A DNA stretch of 63,372 nt, counting the filler, from Ionaspis alba (taxonomy: Eukaryota), in the NCBI GenBank assembly GCA_964255285.1. It is 4 parts of 4 records of this genome, joined end to end, with 100 filler letters (N's around TTAATTAATTAA, not from the genome) between each part and the next. Parts side by side here need not be neighbours in the genome. Positions count along the whole stretch, not along the records: positions 31,783 to 47,540 come from CAXUUL010000364.1; positions 47,641 to 63,372 come from CAXUUL010000365.1; 2 more parts are not named here. The stretch is one strand, 5' to 3'. The translations under genes were made by a program, and so were the position numbers. Each line of letters opens with the position of its first letter. The first letter of the stretch is position 1. Under the pieces are notes generated by a model, which worked only from the letters and a program-made list of their open reading frames with translations, did not search any database and had not been told where the DNA came from. Below are positions 42,025 to 56,743 of the stretch, in pieces.

Positions 42025-43338
42025 ATGGACTTTTCTGCCAAGTCTCCACGGAGACGCCGGAGATCTTCCCTCCTAGACCGACCATCGACTTCAGACAGTC
42101 CTCAATGCAACAACTTCAACCCCTCGTGGACTTCTCATAGTCGGAAGTCATCATTACAATCAGCATACTCCACTGCCACACCTCGACCGCTATCCTCCCA
42201 TGATCGAAGCGGAGATTACGGATTTGCAAGTGTGTATGCGGGAGCGGACTTAGGAGGAGGTTTAGGGAGCCTAGCAGATGAGCTGGCAGAGGATTGGGAC
42301 GAAGACGGCTATGGTGATGAGGGTGTCTTAGAGATTCACGCTGGGAAGGAACAGCTCAGTAACGGGCATTTCGGAGAGACCTTACCGCCCCGCTTCGAAC
42401 ACGAGAATGAGGTGGGCATGATAGGTCTTGCAGTCACAACGCCCGATCGAATCGCAGAACACAATTACATCACCAGTCCGTCAGAACCACGCCTGCCATC
42501 GAGAACAAAGAAAAAGCGTGCGACGTATGACGGCTTTGACGATGGTGAGTACTCAGATCTGGAAAATTTTGGAGGAATATCAGCATCCTTGGACGCTCGG
42601 ATGCATGCTGTCGAAGAACTCTCGAGGCAGGGCTTGGAAGCCATTGATAGTGAACGCTCTGGTACAATATATCGGGTAGCAGATACCCTCAAAGACCTTA
42701 ATTCCCAGGCAGGAATTGAAAGCCATGCAACACGGTGCGTAGCCCTGCACCTATATCACGAAGTCGGCATTCCATTTCTCTTACCATAATGGAACGCTGA
42801 TGTGAACGCCTCGCACAGCCTCGCAACAGCTTATACAGCTCTGACAGCCCATCTCACACTTCAAATACGAGTGCTGGCTACATTGACCAACCCCATCCTC
42901 TCACCTTTGGCTGTTTCTCCTTCTGAAAATAGCATCGACCTTTTCGTTATCCCTTTGTCTTCTCTCGCCGAGTCATTGCCTCGAGCCTCAACTAGCGCTC
43001 TCCCATCTCTCCGTGCCCTGCACACATCAACGGCCGACATACTCTCAACCCTTTCTTACCTGTCCGATACATTACACATGACACGACAAACAACTAATTT
43101 AGCAGGAAGGAGATTGCGGGCTACAAGAGAGATTTTAGGCTCCATGCAGCGGGAAGCGGATGAGGCGGAGGAAGGAAGACGGTGGTTGCAATGCGGAGGT
43201 TGGGAGGAGAAATTGACTATGAGGGAAGCCGCTCGGGTATGTGGTGAGGTAGTGGAAGGGTTTGAAGAGGTCTGTAAAGACTGGAGGGCCAGAATCATCG
43301 AGCAGAATCTCACAGGAGCGAAAATTGGCGCAGGATGA
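42025..43338 (+). CDS. Conserved fungal hypothetical protein (acidic N-half, helical C-half)
   Basis: ORFs 41929..42789 and 42802..43338 join in frame through intron 42735-42818. Motifs GLGSLADELAEDW and VCGEVVEGFEEVC. The start codon is uncertain. Confidence 0.7.
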
Positions 43339-43815
43339 CAGTTCGATCTCATTTTCTTCATTTGGAGCCTAGAGTAGGGACGTATCTGACCGAAATGTCC
43401 GAAACGTCTGGATGCAAGATCAAGCGAAGCAGCATTGACAGGGCAGGGAGCATAGGCCTGGAGGACGCCTGGTGGAATGGAAGAGGGATACCGCCTTACC
43501 AGCAAATCGTGTTTCCTGATAACTAAGGTTCATGCTTATACCACTATGGCAGCTCTTGGGAATCATTCATAGCTAATCTTGGTTTTACCTTCCTCAGATC
43601 ACGATGCTGCGGATTCAGCTGGCACTTGTGACAATTTGTTTGCAATTAAAGCGCGCACAATGTGAGATAAAACATAGGGTCAAGGCCGAGGCAAGGGCAA
43701 AATCATGTCGCTCTATGCATCCGTTTCAGAATTACAAACCATGAAGCGAAAATCGTTGACCTTCCGCAACTACCATAAACATAAAGCTGACAAGTTCGCT
43801 TCCACTAAGCCATCC

Positions 43816-46800
43816 TCATTGGGGTCTCAAGTGCCGTGGAACATATTTCGCGGTAGACGGCGCTGCTTGACCATTCGCAGGGCTGTCCGTTCTGACTGGT
43901 GGTGTATCACTTCGAGTAGGTACTCCCACGCGTCCGAATGGTGAACTATACTTGGAAGCGTCCCCCGGAGATTCACCGCGACGACTCGAGTTGTCAGCTA
44001 CACGACGGCCAGGCGCGAGGAACCGAGGAGCAGGTCCATCGGCTGGAGAGCCATCACGGCCGGAGGTATCACGTGGGGTAGCTGATCTCCATTTGCGTTG
44101 AGTATCACCGCCGGAGCTTTGGTCGCGACCGGTGACTGGTGGCTCAGCATCAGTACGACCCCTCGGAACAAATGTCTCTCCGCGCTTGGCAGGTGGCACA
44201 TAGCCTGTCTTCTTGGACGCCTCTGTCTCATTACCGGTCGTGTCTGGAGATGGATTTGGGAACGGGGCTTGAATGCCACTGCCAGCTGCAAGTTCTGCCT
44301 CCTTCTGCGCCTGACGTTCTCTCCATGTAGGCTTGTTGCCTGCAAGAGCAAGACGTGGTGGACCAGAGGATGCTAGCGGTCCCTCTGTCGAATCCGTACG
44401 TGCGGGAGCTGTGCGATCTGGCAAACGTGCTGCTCCACCGGCTTTCTTTGCTGCAATTTTAGCTTCAGCCTCCTCTTCTCTCTTTCGTTGCAAGGCGGCT
44501 TTCTCATCAGCCTCCCTAATAGGATATCAGCAAAGTTGAAAGAGAAGCGCTGTTATACAAGACTCACCTCCGTTCTGCATCTCTTTGCGCCTTCTGTTCT
44601 GCAAGCTTGCGTTTCTTCTCAGCTTCTTCGGCAGCTTTCTCTTCAGCTTCTCTCGCCATCCTTTCCTCCTCTTCCCGATGACGTCTTTCCGCTTCTTCGG
44701 CCTCTCGTTTTGCTCGTGCCTTGGCGTCTCTCGCCTCTTTTTTTCGTGTCTGGATGGCGTTTTCAAGTTCTCGGTCGGCATTTCTCCGGCGCCGCTCGAA
44801 CTCGTCGTGACGCCGTTCTTGAAGATCTCTACGGAACCTCTCATATACGGGCACCAACCGACTTAATCGATGTTTCAGAGCAACGTCCTCCTTGTGCTTT
44901 CGCTCAGATTCCTTCAGTGTCTCTGCTCTGGCCTTCTCGTAGCTAGCATTGTCTCTCTCCCTTTGTGCTTCATAATCTTTAGGCAGCAGTTTGAGCTCCT
45001 CTTTCCTGAACGCACGCTCGAGATGGTCGATACGCTTGCCAGTAATTCGGAGGTTGTTGTTCAGCTCAGTCTTCTCCCTGGCAAGTTGTTCTATTCGGAG
45101 CATTCGGAGTCGGTCACTATCAAGATCCTCGATGTCAACACCCTCAAGATCTATGTTCTTATGCTTCTTGAGCTCTTCGACTTCCTTGGCTATTGTCTCT
45201 TGCTTGACACGTCTTTGCTCATCTGCCATACGCTTGCGCTCCCGCGCTTTCTGTTCCTCAGCGAGACGTGACGCCTCTCGCTCCTGCAGTAGCTGGACGT
45301 GAAGGCGTTTCCGTGTCTCCTCCTCCTTCTGCTTCTTTTGCAAGGCATCAGACGCAAGTTCTTTCTTTTTCTCGATGATGCGGCGCCTGGCAAGAGTCTC
45401 CTGGTGCTCTTGCTCTGCTCCAACTTGTGCTTTAGCAAAGGCTGCCGCTTTTGCCTGTTGTCTTGCAGCATTGAAACTTGGATCCACATACTGGCAAGTG
45501 ATGTAGAGTGTCTTTGCGAGGCGTGTAAGCTGGGAGCGCACGATCTCTGCTGGTGTGCTTTGCAGGCGTTGCACGGATCTTGTATCAGTTTCCGAAGCGC
45601 CGGCTCCACTGCTAGGGTGCAGGGCCTTGGCAGCGGAGAATACATCCGAGTCGAAAGTAAGAATACCACTGGCGTGGTCTATGCGGATAGCCAGATCACC
45701 TTTCTTACAACCGTTCATTATGAATTTCTCAATGGTCCCAAATGTTACTTGGAAAGGATCTGGAAATTGAGCCAAATCGTACACGAAGCTCAATTCAACC
45801 GATTCGTAGACTTGGGACAACTGTTGGAAGAGTCGTGTAAGAATGACCTGTTGTAAAGGCAAAATATACTTTTCCATCTCCGGGTCCGAGCCAATCTGTG
45901 TCAAAATGGGTGATATCTTCTTGCAGATGGACAGTGGATGGAAATCGACTTCCAGTATCTGATAAAGTTCCCGGATCTCGGACTTAGCCCGCTTTAGGAG
46001 ACCTTTGCTCATTGCATCCTTGAAGAGCACAGCCCTGCTCGGTGCTGAAGACATCCCCAGAAGATTAGTGAGTCGCTGGTTCTTGTTCTTACGAGCCTCG
46101 TCAACATCGATCAAGGCGCCTCGGGACCTCGATGTACTAATGACAGGTATCGATAGAGCTGATAGTAACACGAAAGACGCTGCTCGGCTCATATCGGCCT
46201 CTGTCACTGCAGGGTTGTCCTTCTTCGAGCCCTGGCCTGCTAAAACAGCACTCGAGGATTGACGCAGCAAGTTGTAATATCTGCTCCAAGCAGCGGCGTG
46301 GAACAAGTAATTCTCGCTGACCAAGAAAATCCGTGTGAGCTTCTCGTAGTAGTTGGCCATCATAATGTTCTTCGCTGGGCGTTTTGATAGACTGAGTAGC
46401 GTATGGATGTCTTCGACACTGCGGAACGCCTCCTGCCACAACTCAAGCTCCACAGCTACGTTCAGCTGCTGAAAGCGGGTGTCAAGATGGCGTTGCAAGG
46501 TATCTGGGTCACTTAGATTTATTGCATGCATTTGTGACTGATACTTTGCGGCGTTCTGTACATGATTGCGCATGAGCTCGCACAATCTCCTGAATTCAGT
46601 CTTTCTGGAATGCTTTTGACAAAACTCGAAAGCCTGCAGCGCAGTTGACTGATACATAATCTCGAGCCGGGCATTGTTCTTCAGTATCTCCAATACAGTG
46701 CGATACGTTTCCCATAGGAATTTGAGCCATGGAGTAACGATGGCTCGATCTGTTCTATCTTTTGATTGTTCGCCAGAGACAGTGGATAGCAATATCGACT

Positions 46801-47355
46801 CGGGCGTTTCGATGGCTTCGAGATCATCCACATTGGTACCGGATGCGGTGGGCTCCAAACTTGATTGAACCTCATCGGCTTTAGCCTGAGCATTAGCTAC
46901 CTTCTGTTCCGCAAGTTCTATAAACTTCTTGAGAACAAGCTAAAGGAGAATTAGCTACAGCATAACCACGGTTCCAAGAATACTCACTTCGATTGTGCCA
47001 ACATTTGTGTTCTGTGCCGTGTTTTTGTACTGATAAAGCCCATCCTTTGCAAGCTTTCCTTTTTTTAGATCCACACATAGTTCCACAAAAAGAACCATTA
47101 CTGGTTCAAGGGAGGTGATGGGACTATTTCGAGATCGTTTGGACGTGACATGTTCGTGTAGTACGGTGAGGGCGGCGGGTGCTTGGCCCACAGCGATCAG
47201 CTCTTGTGCACGCTGCGAGAAACCAAGTGTCAGCAATCTGTCTGTAACCAGTTCTGCTGGCTGAGTTTGGTGATGTGGAGCTGTAGTGGTGGTAAGGGAG
47301 GACCGAAACCTACCTTGAGCACATTTTCAGGCTTGGTATGCGGCGGAGGAGGCAT
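43816..47355 (-). CDS. TIF32: Eukaryotic translation initiation factor 3 subunit A
   Basis: [48 protein letters not shown], a PCI domain, a coiled coil and C-terminal KYVPRHLR; three introns. Confidence 0.97.
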
Positions 47356-47540
47356 GATGGTTAACCTCCTCTCAAGGACGAGCCTGCTGGGATTTGCAGC
47401 GAGATTTCGAGCCGCGAGGAACGATGTGGACAGAGTTGATAAGGTGATGCACTATGACAGAGATGAGAATTCGGGTTGTGGGCGGAAAGGGAGTTGGGCT
47501 CGGCTAATGCACTCCGAGCTTAGCGTAGCTTGGACTCTAT

Positions 47541-47640
47541 NNNNNNNNNNNNNNNNNNNNNNNNNNNNNNNNNNNNNNNNNNNNTTAATTAATTAANNNN
47601 NNNNNNNNNNNNNNNNNNNNNNNNNNNNNNNNNNNNNNNN
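47541..47640. other. Artificial contig linker N44-TTAATTAATTAA-N44
   Basis: Identical to the other two linkers. Confidence 0.98.
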
Positions 47641-48012
47641 AGCACGGAAATGTATCCCAGCATACAGTAGCCGACAGCCGAGCTTTGATTCTTTTTAGCG
47701 CGATTCGCTTTAATTATTCGAGCTCGAGCGCGACACCGTGACATTTACAAACTTCATTTGGTTTTATGTATCCTGTACTTCGTTCTAATCACCATCGTAT
47801 CTCCAAATGCCAGAAAGTAAGCTGTAGATCTGCAATCGTGTGGTATCTAAGGCGATATTCCAATAGCCATCGGAATCCGAGCCAGCAGTTCCAGCAGTCC
47901 GCAACTAAGATACTGTAATGTTCTTCGAACATTAGATTTCCTGTACATTACACTTCAAAGCTTGGGAATCTATCATATTCGATCTATATACGCAACTTGT
48001 GTTCAGCACGAA

Positions 48013-49524
48013 ATGGCCTACACGGATGATGCAGTCAAAGCGAAGCTGTCCGCCCTGAACGAAACTCAAGAGAGTATCGTTACCGTTGCCCAATGGATTA
48101 TGTTCCATAGGTATGTCGACTTGGAGACAGACCCATACGTTATTTAGGAACTGACTGCGGTTTACAGACGACACGCAGACCGTACTGGACAACTCTGGCT
48201 GCAGAGACTGAAAGATTCAGGGGCTGGAAAAAGACTAAACCTCATCTACTTAGCCAATGGTATATTATCACGAGCGCGGTTCTGCTTATTTGGCATGAGC
48301 TAAAATGGATATTTAGAAGTAGCTCAGCAGTCTAAAGCCAGAAAGAAAGACGATTTTCTCATCGCGTTCTCCCCAGTAAGTGCCATATTCGATACTACTT
48401 CTTCATTGGAAGGTCCTAATGACATTTAGATCATTGCAGAGGCAACGGCAACAGCCTACAAAGGAGCTACAGTTGAGGTTCAGCAAAAAGTTCGACGTGT
48501 CGTTGAAGTATGGAGGCAGCGTCAGATATTCGAACCACCGATCCAAGACGCGGTTGAAGCTCGAATAAGTGGTAGATAATTCCTCTCTATACTTATTGTA
48601 GGTGACTAATATAGTACAGAGGTTGATAAGTCGCGTTCGTCGGGGAGAAAGCCGCTACTTGGCGGTTCTATCTTCTCTAATTCATCTGGTCCCTCAGCGC
48701 CAGCCGAGCTTCAGCCTTTGGTCCCCATGCAGATAGCTGTGTCGAAAGCCGCAGTCGCCATCAGCGGCTCAGTATCTACAGCAAACAGCGAATATGAAAA
48801 GCTCATGGATCCCGAAGCGATGACTCCCACGCCTCCAGTGCACGCAGCCCGCCTGAGTGCTCTCCTCAGGTCATTGGCAAATGCCGAAGGGGCAGTTTCA
48901 GAGAGCATCAAAGCCAGACAAGATCTCATCAAAGGTCTCGAAAAGCTGCTAGAAAGTAATCGTACAGCTCTTTCCAGCGACGAATATCAATATCAAGAGC
49001 TTGTGGATCGAAAATCGACGGTGGAAGCCAAAAAGCGCGACGTTGAGGATGGCATTATGCGTGGTCTTTCCGCCGAGACCAGTTCTCCAGGCGGAGTCGA
49101 AAGCAGTCCAGGTCCTAACAATCAGACGAACGGAAACCGAGAGTCTTCAGTCGAACCAGATCGTCCGGAGATAGAAGAGCTCACCCCACCGCCTGAGGGT
49201 ACTCACACAGCAGTAGGATCACCTTTTGCAGACGAAGCAGCCATCACCACAACCACAGGCGCAGATATCACCCAGGAGCAACAACCTGATCATACCGAGC
49301 CACCACCTGAAACTCAGCCACCCCTATTTCCTGCTGGTTCGGACTTACTTTCCTCATTGTCAATGCCACCAGCCCGCTCATATGCCGATATTCCTTTGAA
49401 TGGGGGTTCGAATAAGAAGCGGAAGATCGAGCCTGAGTACGATGATTTCGTGCAGGGAGATGGAATGGAAGATCTGGATGAAGATGTCGCGGAACTTTTG
49501 AGAGCAGAATCTGGGGGGCGATGA
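48013..49524 (+). CDS. RTT103: RNA polymerase II CTD-interacting (CID/RPR) protein, Rtt103/RPRD family
   Basis: MAYTDDAVKAKLSALNETQESIVTVAQWIMFHRRHA..KRLNLIYLANEV..RRVVEVWRQRQIF; four introns; PTPPVHAARLS motif. Confidence 0.85.
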
Positions 49525-49759
49525 ATTTGATTTTTGTACGACTGCTATGTCCAGGGAAATCGCAAGAGTAGTATCACCTTGTGCAGTGATAGTGGATTCC
49601 ATCTTCGAAGATCCCGGACTTCATTTGAGATGGCCACTCAGCAACTACAGGGCAGAAACAATGACAAGCTAGATACCCTTTCCTACACTGCTTTCTTTCA
49701 TTCTCAATTGAAACATAAATTAATATAACACGGTGAATAAGATAGCGGTTGGCCATGCC

Positions 49760-51088
49760 CTAGCGTCGTCTCCGCCGCCGCCAATCCATCTTCGTCATCC
49801 TTGTCGTATCAGCAGGATCGCATAATCGGGTCCTATCGAGGGGGAATTCGGTTCTCAAAACAGCTCTTTTCCGAAAAGGCGCGCCTGGAGCCGCAGATGA
49901 TGGTTCTGAAGCACCTCGTGATCTCTTCGGTTTGACCAACAATAAAATGAACATGCCAACAACAAGGAGGAGAAGCAGAAATATGATTTTCCGCTTTGTG
50001 GTCTTACGCTGATAGCCAGTTGCCTAAGATGCACCGTCAATGATACTTCGCCCGGAGCGTATACACGGAGCCATACCACAGTTAGCTCCTTGTCCGCTGC
50101 CTTGACATCCACTGCCATTCTCTCAACGTTATAGTCGATTCGATCGAGCATCGTGCCTTGATCTATGACCATAGTGGATAAGTCCTTGAAAATGTCTGCG
50201 AGCTCGATGATGCCCTTTGCGATGTCCGTGATCTCCCGCTCTCGTTGCATAATCGTCGCATCGTTATTTGTCATTCGTTTTTGGGCTGACTGCTGAAGCG
50301 TAGATTGGGAGAACGACTTGTCTGTCTCTGACTCCATCATTGAAGGGTCTGTGTAGGGGTTCTGCGTAGGTGTAAAGGACCTATCCAAGGGTGACGCCAT
50401 TCCGCCGAGATTCCGCAATTCTACCCACTATCAGTCTGGTGTAACCACTAAGAAGACAAGTTCGCCTAGGCAGACTCACTTTTCAGGTATGTACTCTGCT
50501 TCTTCCTGAAACTCGCGCTCACCTCCTGCACTCTACTAGCCAAAGAGATTTGAATATTCCGTGCCATAGTCTCGTCGCCTTTGCTTACACCACCCTGCTG
50601 TTTCGCATCCCTAACCATCGTCTCGATCCTTTGTATAGCTCTCTGACAGTCATGAAAACCCCTCGTAATGTCCTGTGTCATCCGCTCAATGATGGCCTCT
50701 TCTTCTCTCCTGACATCCTCGTCGTCGAAACCAGGGAGCACGTGCTTTTGGTGGAGCTTGTCCAGCTGCGCAGACTTCTTCGTAATTTCTCCAAGAAGCT
50801 CCATCACCTCATCTTGAACATCCATCCATCTGGGCGGCAGTAGATCCATCTCGATAACAACGTCTCCATCGTCCTCGAAGGCACCAGCGGACATGAGACC
50901 ACGTCGCTCCTCGGACTCAGAGTTCTGATTGGCGAAGCCATTGGATGATGGCCCGACATAACGAGGCTTTTTTGCAGGGTGATGGGCATAAGACTGACGA
51001 TAGGATATGTAGCTGTCACAAGCATTAGACAAGGGAGTCAAAGCAAGGAGAGCATGGTGCTGTACAGGTTGGTCCTGTCCCTCCACAT
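49760..51088 (-). CDS. TLG2: t-SNARE syntaxin 16/Tlg2
   Basis: MWRDRTNLYISYRQSY, LPPRWMDV, HVLPGFDD, SNARE motif MVIDQGTMLDRIDYNVE and C-terminal TM segment IIFLLLLLVVGMFILLLV; three introns. Confidence 0.95.
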
Positions 51089-51485
51089 CCCGACAGGCTA
51101 GCTGCCCCTAGGGATGCTCGATTCTTGGTAGAGACTGTCACGATGTCTGCGCGGCGTCTAGCATGGCTGTACCTTACCAATGTTCTGTCTAGATCGCTGT
51201 AGAGTAACCCGGGCCACCTCCGGTTTTGGATGTGTCTGTCTAAAGGTAATTCTAGCGTGACAGCGGCGCAGCCAGGAGTCCGATCCGGTAAGGCGAGCGA
51301 TCGTCCAAGCCGCAAACGCCAAGGAATTGCCTAACTTCAATGATCGTCCAGGCGGAACACTTCATATTTCCCCACGTATATTTACACCCATTATTCGATC
51401 ATCCATCAGCAAACTATCCTTCGACTACAAACTCTTGTCTTTGAGCTGCAAGAGTAACCTACGTCAATTCTCTTCTAATCCCATC

Positions 51486-52440
<955 letters not shown>

Positions 52441-52759
52441 GACAAGATTGGGGCCTGTGCACATGACCGGGACTAATACGACATTTACCACAACACGAGG
52501 TGACTCTGGGACAATCAGGCTTTGGTTGTTTCTAATTCTCCTTGCGTACGGCATATGTTCTTTTCCATGTTAGACCGCAATGCTTAGGGTTTCCCTATGT
52601 ACTGGGCTGTTGTCTCCAGATCATCTGACACTATCCTTTCACGCCAGAAACTGGTGGCCACTGCTCTTTTGTGCTGTGGATAGTACATTTGTAGAACTAA
52701 TTGTGGATTATGGTGTCCAGAAACGGCCCAGAAACCTATCTAAATTACCCAAGCCCGAT

Positions 52760-53542
52760 TCATGTCCGCAATCGTATAGCCTCACACCATTGCCTTATAT
52801 TACCCAAATTCTTCTCGATTCCTGGAACTCGAATGTACTCCCTTGCGCCTTTGAAGTCAAGTCCCGTCCAAAAAGCTCTAATCTCGTCCTCGATAGCGTC
52901 CCAGTCGTCGTCCCCGCCAGCCCATTCCACCTCCACAATCACTCCTCGGTTTTGCTGGGCGCCTCCTTGACCCTGCCTCACCTCTCCTAACCTGATTCGA
53001 AAGTCCTCGACCTCAAAAGCCTGCCCGTTGCTCACGCTAAGTGATTGGCGTTGCGTCCAAAGAGGTCCAAATCTGCTTAGAACTAGTTGAATAAAGTTTT
53101 CACTTTGCGCGCCTGATGGTATTGATATTATGTTGGCGGGCTCCCCAGCACTTTCCCCGCCACTGCTGGTAGTTGCTGGTGTCCCCGCTCTGGTTTGCGA
53201 CGTAGGTAAAGTGGTCGTGATGGCCACATAAGATTGCGGGGCCTGATATGATATCGACAGGACCTGCAAATAGCGAGCGCTTTGCGACCGTGCAACCTCC
53301 TCAGCGGACAGCCCGATCGTCGATGGTCCATTCTGCGTTGCACGGAAAAGGCGGTGTTCAAGGCTCCATCTGGGCAGTGGGCGGAGGTCGTATTGCTCCA
53401 TCAAGGAGTTGGTTACTACTTGAATGAGGGGTGTTTCAGACGAAACGGATGCGCTGGATGGCAGGAAGAATACCCTACAGACTGAAGTCAGCAAAGAGCA
53501 AGTAGGGCATGGAGCAGTCGGGTGTTACCCTGTAGCTGGCAT
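52760..53542 (-). CDS. MED20: Mediator complex subunit Med20 (Srb2)
   Basis: Spliced start MPATGVFFLP, WSLEHRLFR, FGPLWTQRQSLSVSNGQAFEVEDFRIRLGEVR, RGVIVEVEW and RQWCEAIR. Confidence 0.8.
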
Positions 53543-54103
53543 TTTGAAGCCAGCTTCTCGCTCCGTCGTATTTGCATGGTGAGAGGTAGGTTCGAAGCAT
53601 GAGCTGCATATGTACTACACTCTTCTAAACTTGACAAAGAGCATAAATGGTGCTGGTTTGCTGTGAAGGTTCCCAAAAGTTGGTCTACTTTCACATGTTG
53701 CCGGGGTCCGGGGCGCTAGTCCTACTTGAGCATTTCCTGGTCGTTCATGGCAGGTTGAGCCGAACAACAACATCACGACCTCCTCGACGACAACACCACG
53801 ACAACGTATACTAATCGATAGGGTAGGCTTGCAAAGTGGGAGACTCTAGTCGAGAAGAGGAGGACATTCACGCGACGGTTTATTCGTGGAAGTCACGATC
53901 GACGGGAACAACGACTCAAACCACATTCCGGAACCTCGAATGCTCTTGGTCTGACCTCTAAGGCAGAAGTTACGGCGTCCCCTTTGTCCAATCTCGAATG
54001 TCGAAGGTTGTTCGACTCGAAACAACAACAGCCTTCGACGCTTTCTTCATCACCAATCAGCACCCTTAGCCATATTGCTGCTTTCGGCCGACTGCCTTCC
54101 AAG

Positions 54104-56205
54104 ATGCCCCTGGCCAATGATTTGGCATCATCACCCTCGAGTGCATCTGCACCGAGAGAGGATAGCTTAGCATGGTACAAGACACAATATGAACAGCTGG
54201 AATCAGAACTTGCGGACTTCCAGGAATCCAGCCGAGAGCTCGAAGCAGAGCTTGAGAAAGATGTAGAGGCTGCTGAGAAACGTGAGAGACAGCTACAAGA
54301 GAAGGTGGAGGCTCTGGGGTACGAGGTTGAAGAATGGAAGGTTAGAATTCCTTTACAACCCTTAAAACCTTATTCCTACCTTGTATTTCTTATGTCGATT
54401 ATCAAAAAATTGCTAATCCTATCTTGCAGTCGAAATGCAAGCAATCCAAAGCCGAATCGAGCGCAGCCCAGAATACGCTGCAGAAGGAGATCACCATTCT
54501 ACGAGACACCAATAGAACTCTTCAACTAAAGCTACGGGATATTGAGGTACAGAACGACGACTTCGAGCGACAGGCCAGAAACACGACGTCGTCCTTGGAA
54601 GATTTAGAGTCGAAATACAATATCGCAATAGAACGTGGAGTGATATTCGAGGAAGAGATCCGAGCTGGAGATCAAGAACGTGAGGCTTTGCGTATTGAGA
54701 CACAGAGACTGCGAGACGAACTTTCGGATCTCAAGGTCGAAGCAGAGATCAGACAGGACAAATTACGGCATGTGGAGGCCGCAACGGAGCGGTCTCATCT
54801 GAGAAAACCCACTCCTCCAGGTGCCAGCATATCTCGACCACGTTCATCAATTTCTGTACATTCCCCATCCACGACAGCATCATCGCCAACTCTGGCAACT
54901 CCTCCAACCAAATCCGCCTCGTCCGCTGCTTCAGATGCTCCAACCCCACCATCGCCCCCGGTCTCGGACCGATCGCTTCCTGCAAATGCTGTCACTCCTG
55001 CACCTTCGGCATCGAAGCCTCGATTGTCAATTACGGGTTCAAGCATCACACCCCGCCCTGGTCACTACTCCGCTCGCATACCTCGCCATTCCCATGGTCC
55101 ATCGCAGTCAACAGCCAATGGCTTTTTTACGCCTTCCACTAATCGACGTACAACACTGCAGCGCCCAGAAAGTCGTCAGGGCCCGCAATTACACAAGGGC
55201 GCCCCTTCCTCAGCCTCACTTACACAGATTCGTGGACTTATTGGCAAGATGCAAAATCTCGAGCAACGTGTCAACTCTGCTCGCTCAAGACTCCCAGCTC
55301 CTACTGCCACCACTCCTAGATCTTCTCCTCGACCAGGGTCTGCTATGAGTCAGACACATATCCCTGCTTCCGTGACCGTCCGGAGTCAGCGGAAGAGAAC
55401 CGGTGGAAGCATTGCAAGTGGCGCGCCTTCGGTAACTAATGTGAACGACACTTCAAGTCCGCCACCAGTCGAATCGCAGTACGGCAGCCGGCTCTCTATT
55501 GGGATTCCGCAGCCTTCGCCGATGAAAGATGCGTCTAATTACGGGAGCAGTAGACCAAGCTCGAGAGCCAGCATGTCTTCTCGACAATCCAATCACGGGT
55601 TTGGCACTATGTCCTCCACCATGAGCAGCCGGCCAGGTAGTCGACAATCAATGCATGGTATCAACGGTCAGTCTACGACCATCAGCAGCCGGCCAGCGAG
55701 TCGCCAATCTATTCATGGTATCTTTAACCCACCCACTACAACCAGCAACCGACCATCAAGTCGCCAATCATCACACGCCACAAATAATGCCCGACCTCCA
55801 AGCCGTCAAGGTATTACAGGTGCTCGAACACCTCTTGGTCATTATTCGAATAGTACTGCAAGCTCAGAAACGAGAGCGAGGCCACAATCTAGCCAGTACG
55901 GTGACTATACTTCGTTGCACGGGCATAGTCAATCTGCTAGTGTGAGCCGCTTGAGCTCTTATGGGATTGATGAAAGCCCTGACACCGGAGACGTGGTGAC
56001 GCCAACACCGAGTCGACGGACGACGTTTGGCAAGGAAGGATCAGGTATCCCAACACCCGGGACTTATAGCAAGAGACAGAGTGGAGCTACCAATAATGTA
56101 ATTGGCAGGAGGATAAGCTCAGGACCAGGAATCTCAGATATGGGTCCGCCACTGGAGAAGCGAGGTGGGCTGAAGAAATTGAGTGGTGTTGGTGAAACTT
56201 TTTGA
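54104..56205 (+). CDS. nudE: Nuclear distribution protein NudE (NDE1/NDEL1 dynein regulator)
   Basis: [29 protein letters not shown] coiled coil, [16 protein letters not shown] and NUDE_C-like [19 protein letters not shown]; intron 54341-54429. Confidence 0.95.
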
Positions 56206-56743
56206 GTTTATGTCTGGGCTCTCTTGAACATAGTTATGGCTATCGATGGCGGTGATTTGTATTGGTGGGGGCGGCTGGGTTTATGAGTTCAGGATTCATG
56301 AGGGATACCCTTGGAGGTTCAGAGTTATGATTGTTATGTAGCATGTACAGCTTTTAAGAGCATCTTTGGACAACTTCTCTTTACATCCACCTGTTTTCCA
56401 CATTGTGAGAATGGATGAGAAACACTAATCTGTGTTTCTTTGGATCTCGTCTGGGAGTGCCGCCAAAGGCAGTAATGACCAGCGCCTTACGAAGAGTATC
56501 GCCTAGGGATTCCTCTTCAGACTAGAATTTATGCCTTCAAGTCACAGATTACAGCGTCTACCCACTTGATGCTACCACATGCAGTACATAAGTGTGAGAC
56601 ACAGAACACCATACCAAATTCTGCAAGGAACTACTGCCCACCGAGAGCCGCCAAGCAAAATCTGGCTCCACTCCTATCCACTTTGATTTTTGTAACATAT
56701 TCTCCCATCTTCCTTATTCCCATTCCCAGAACCAATTTCTCAC

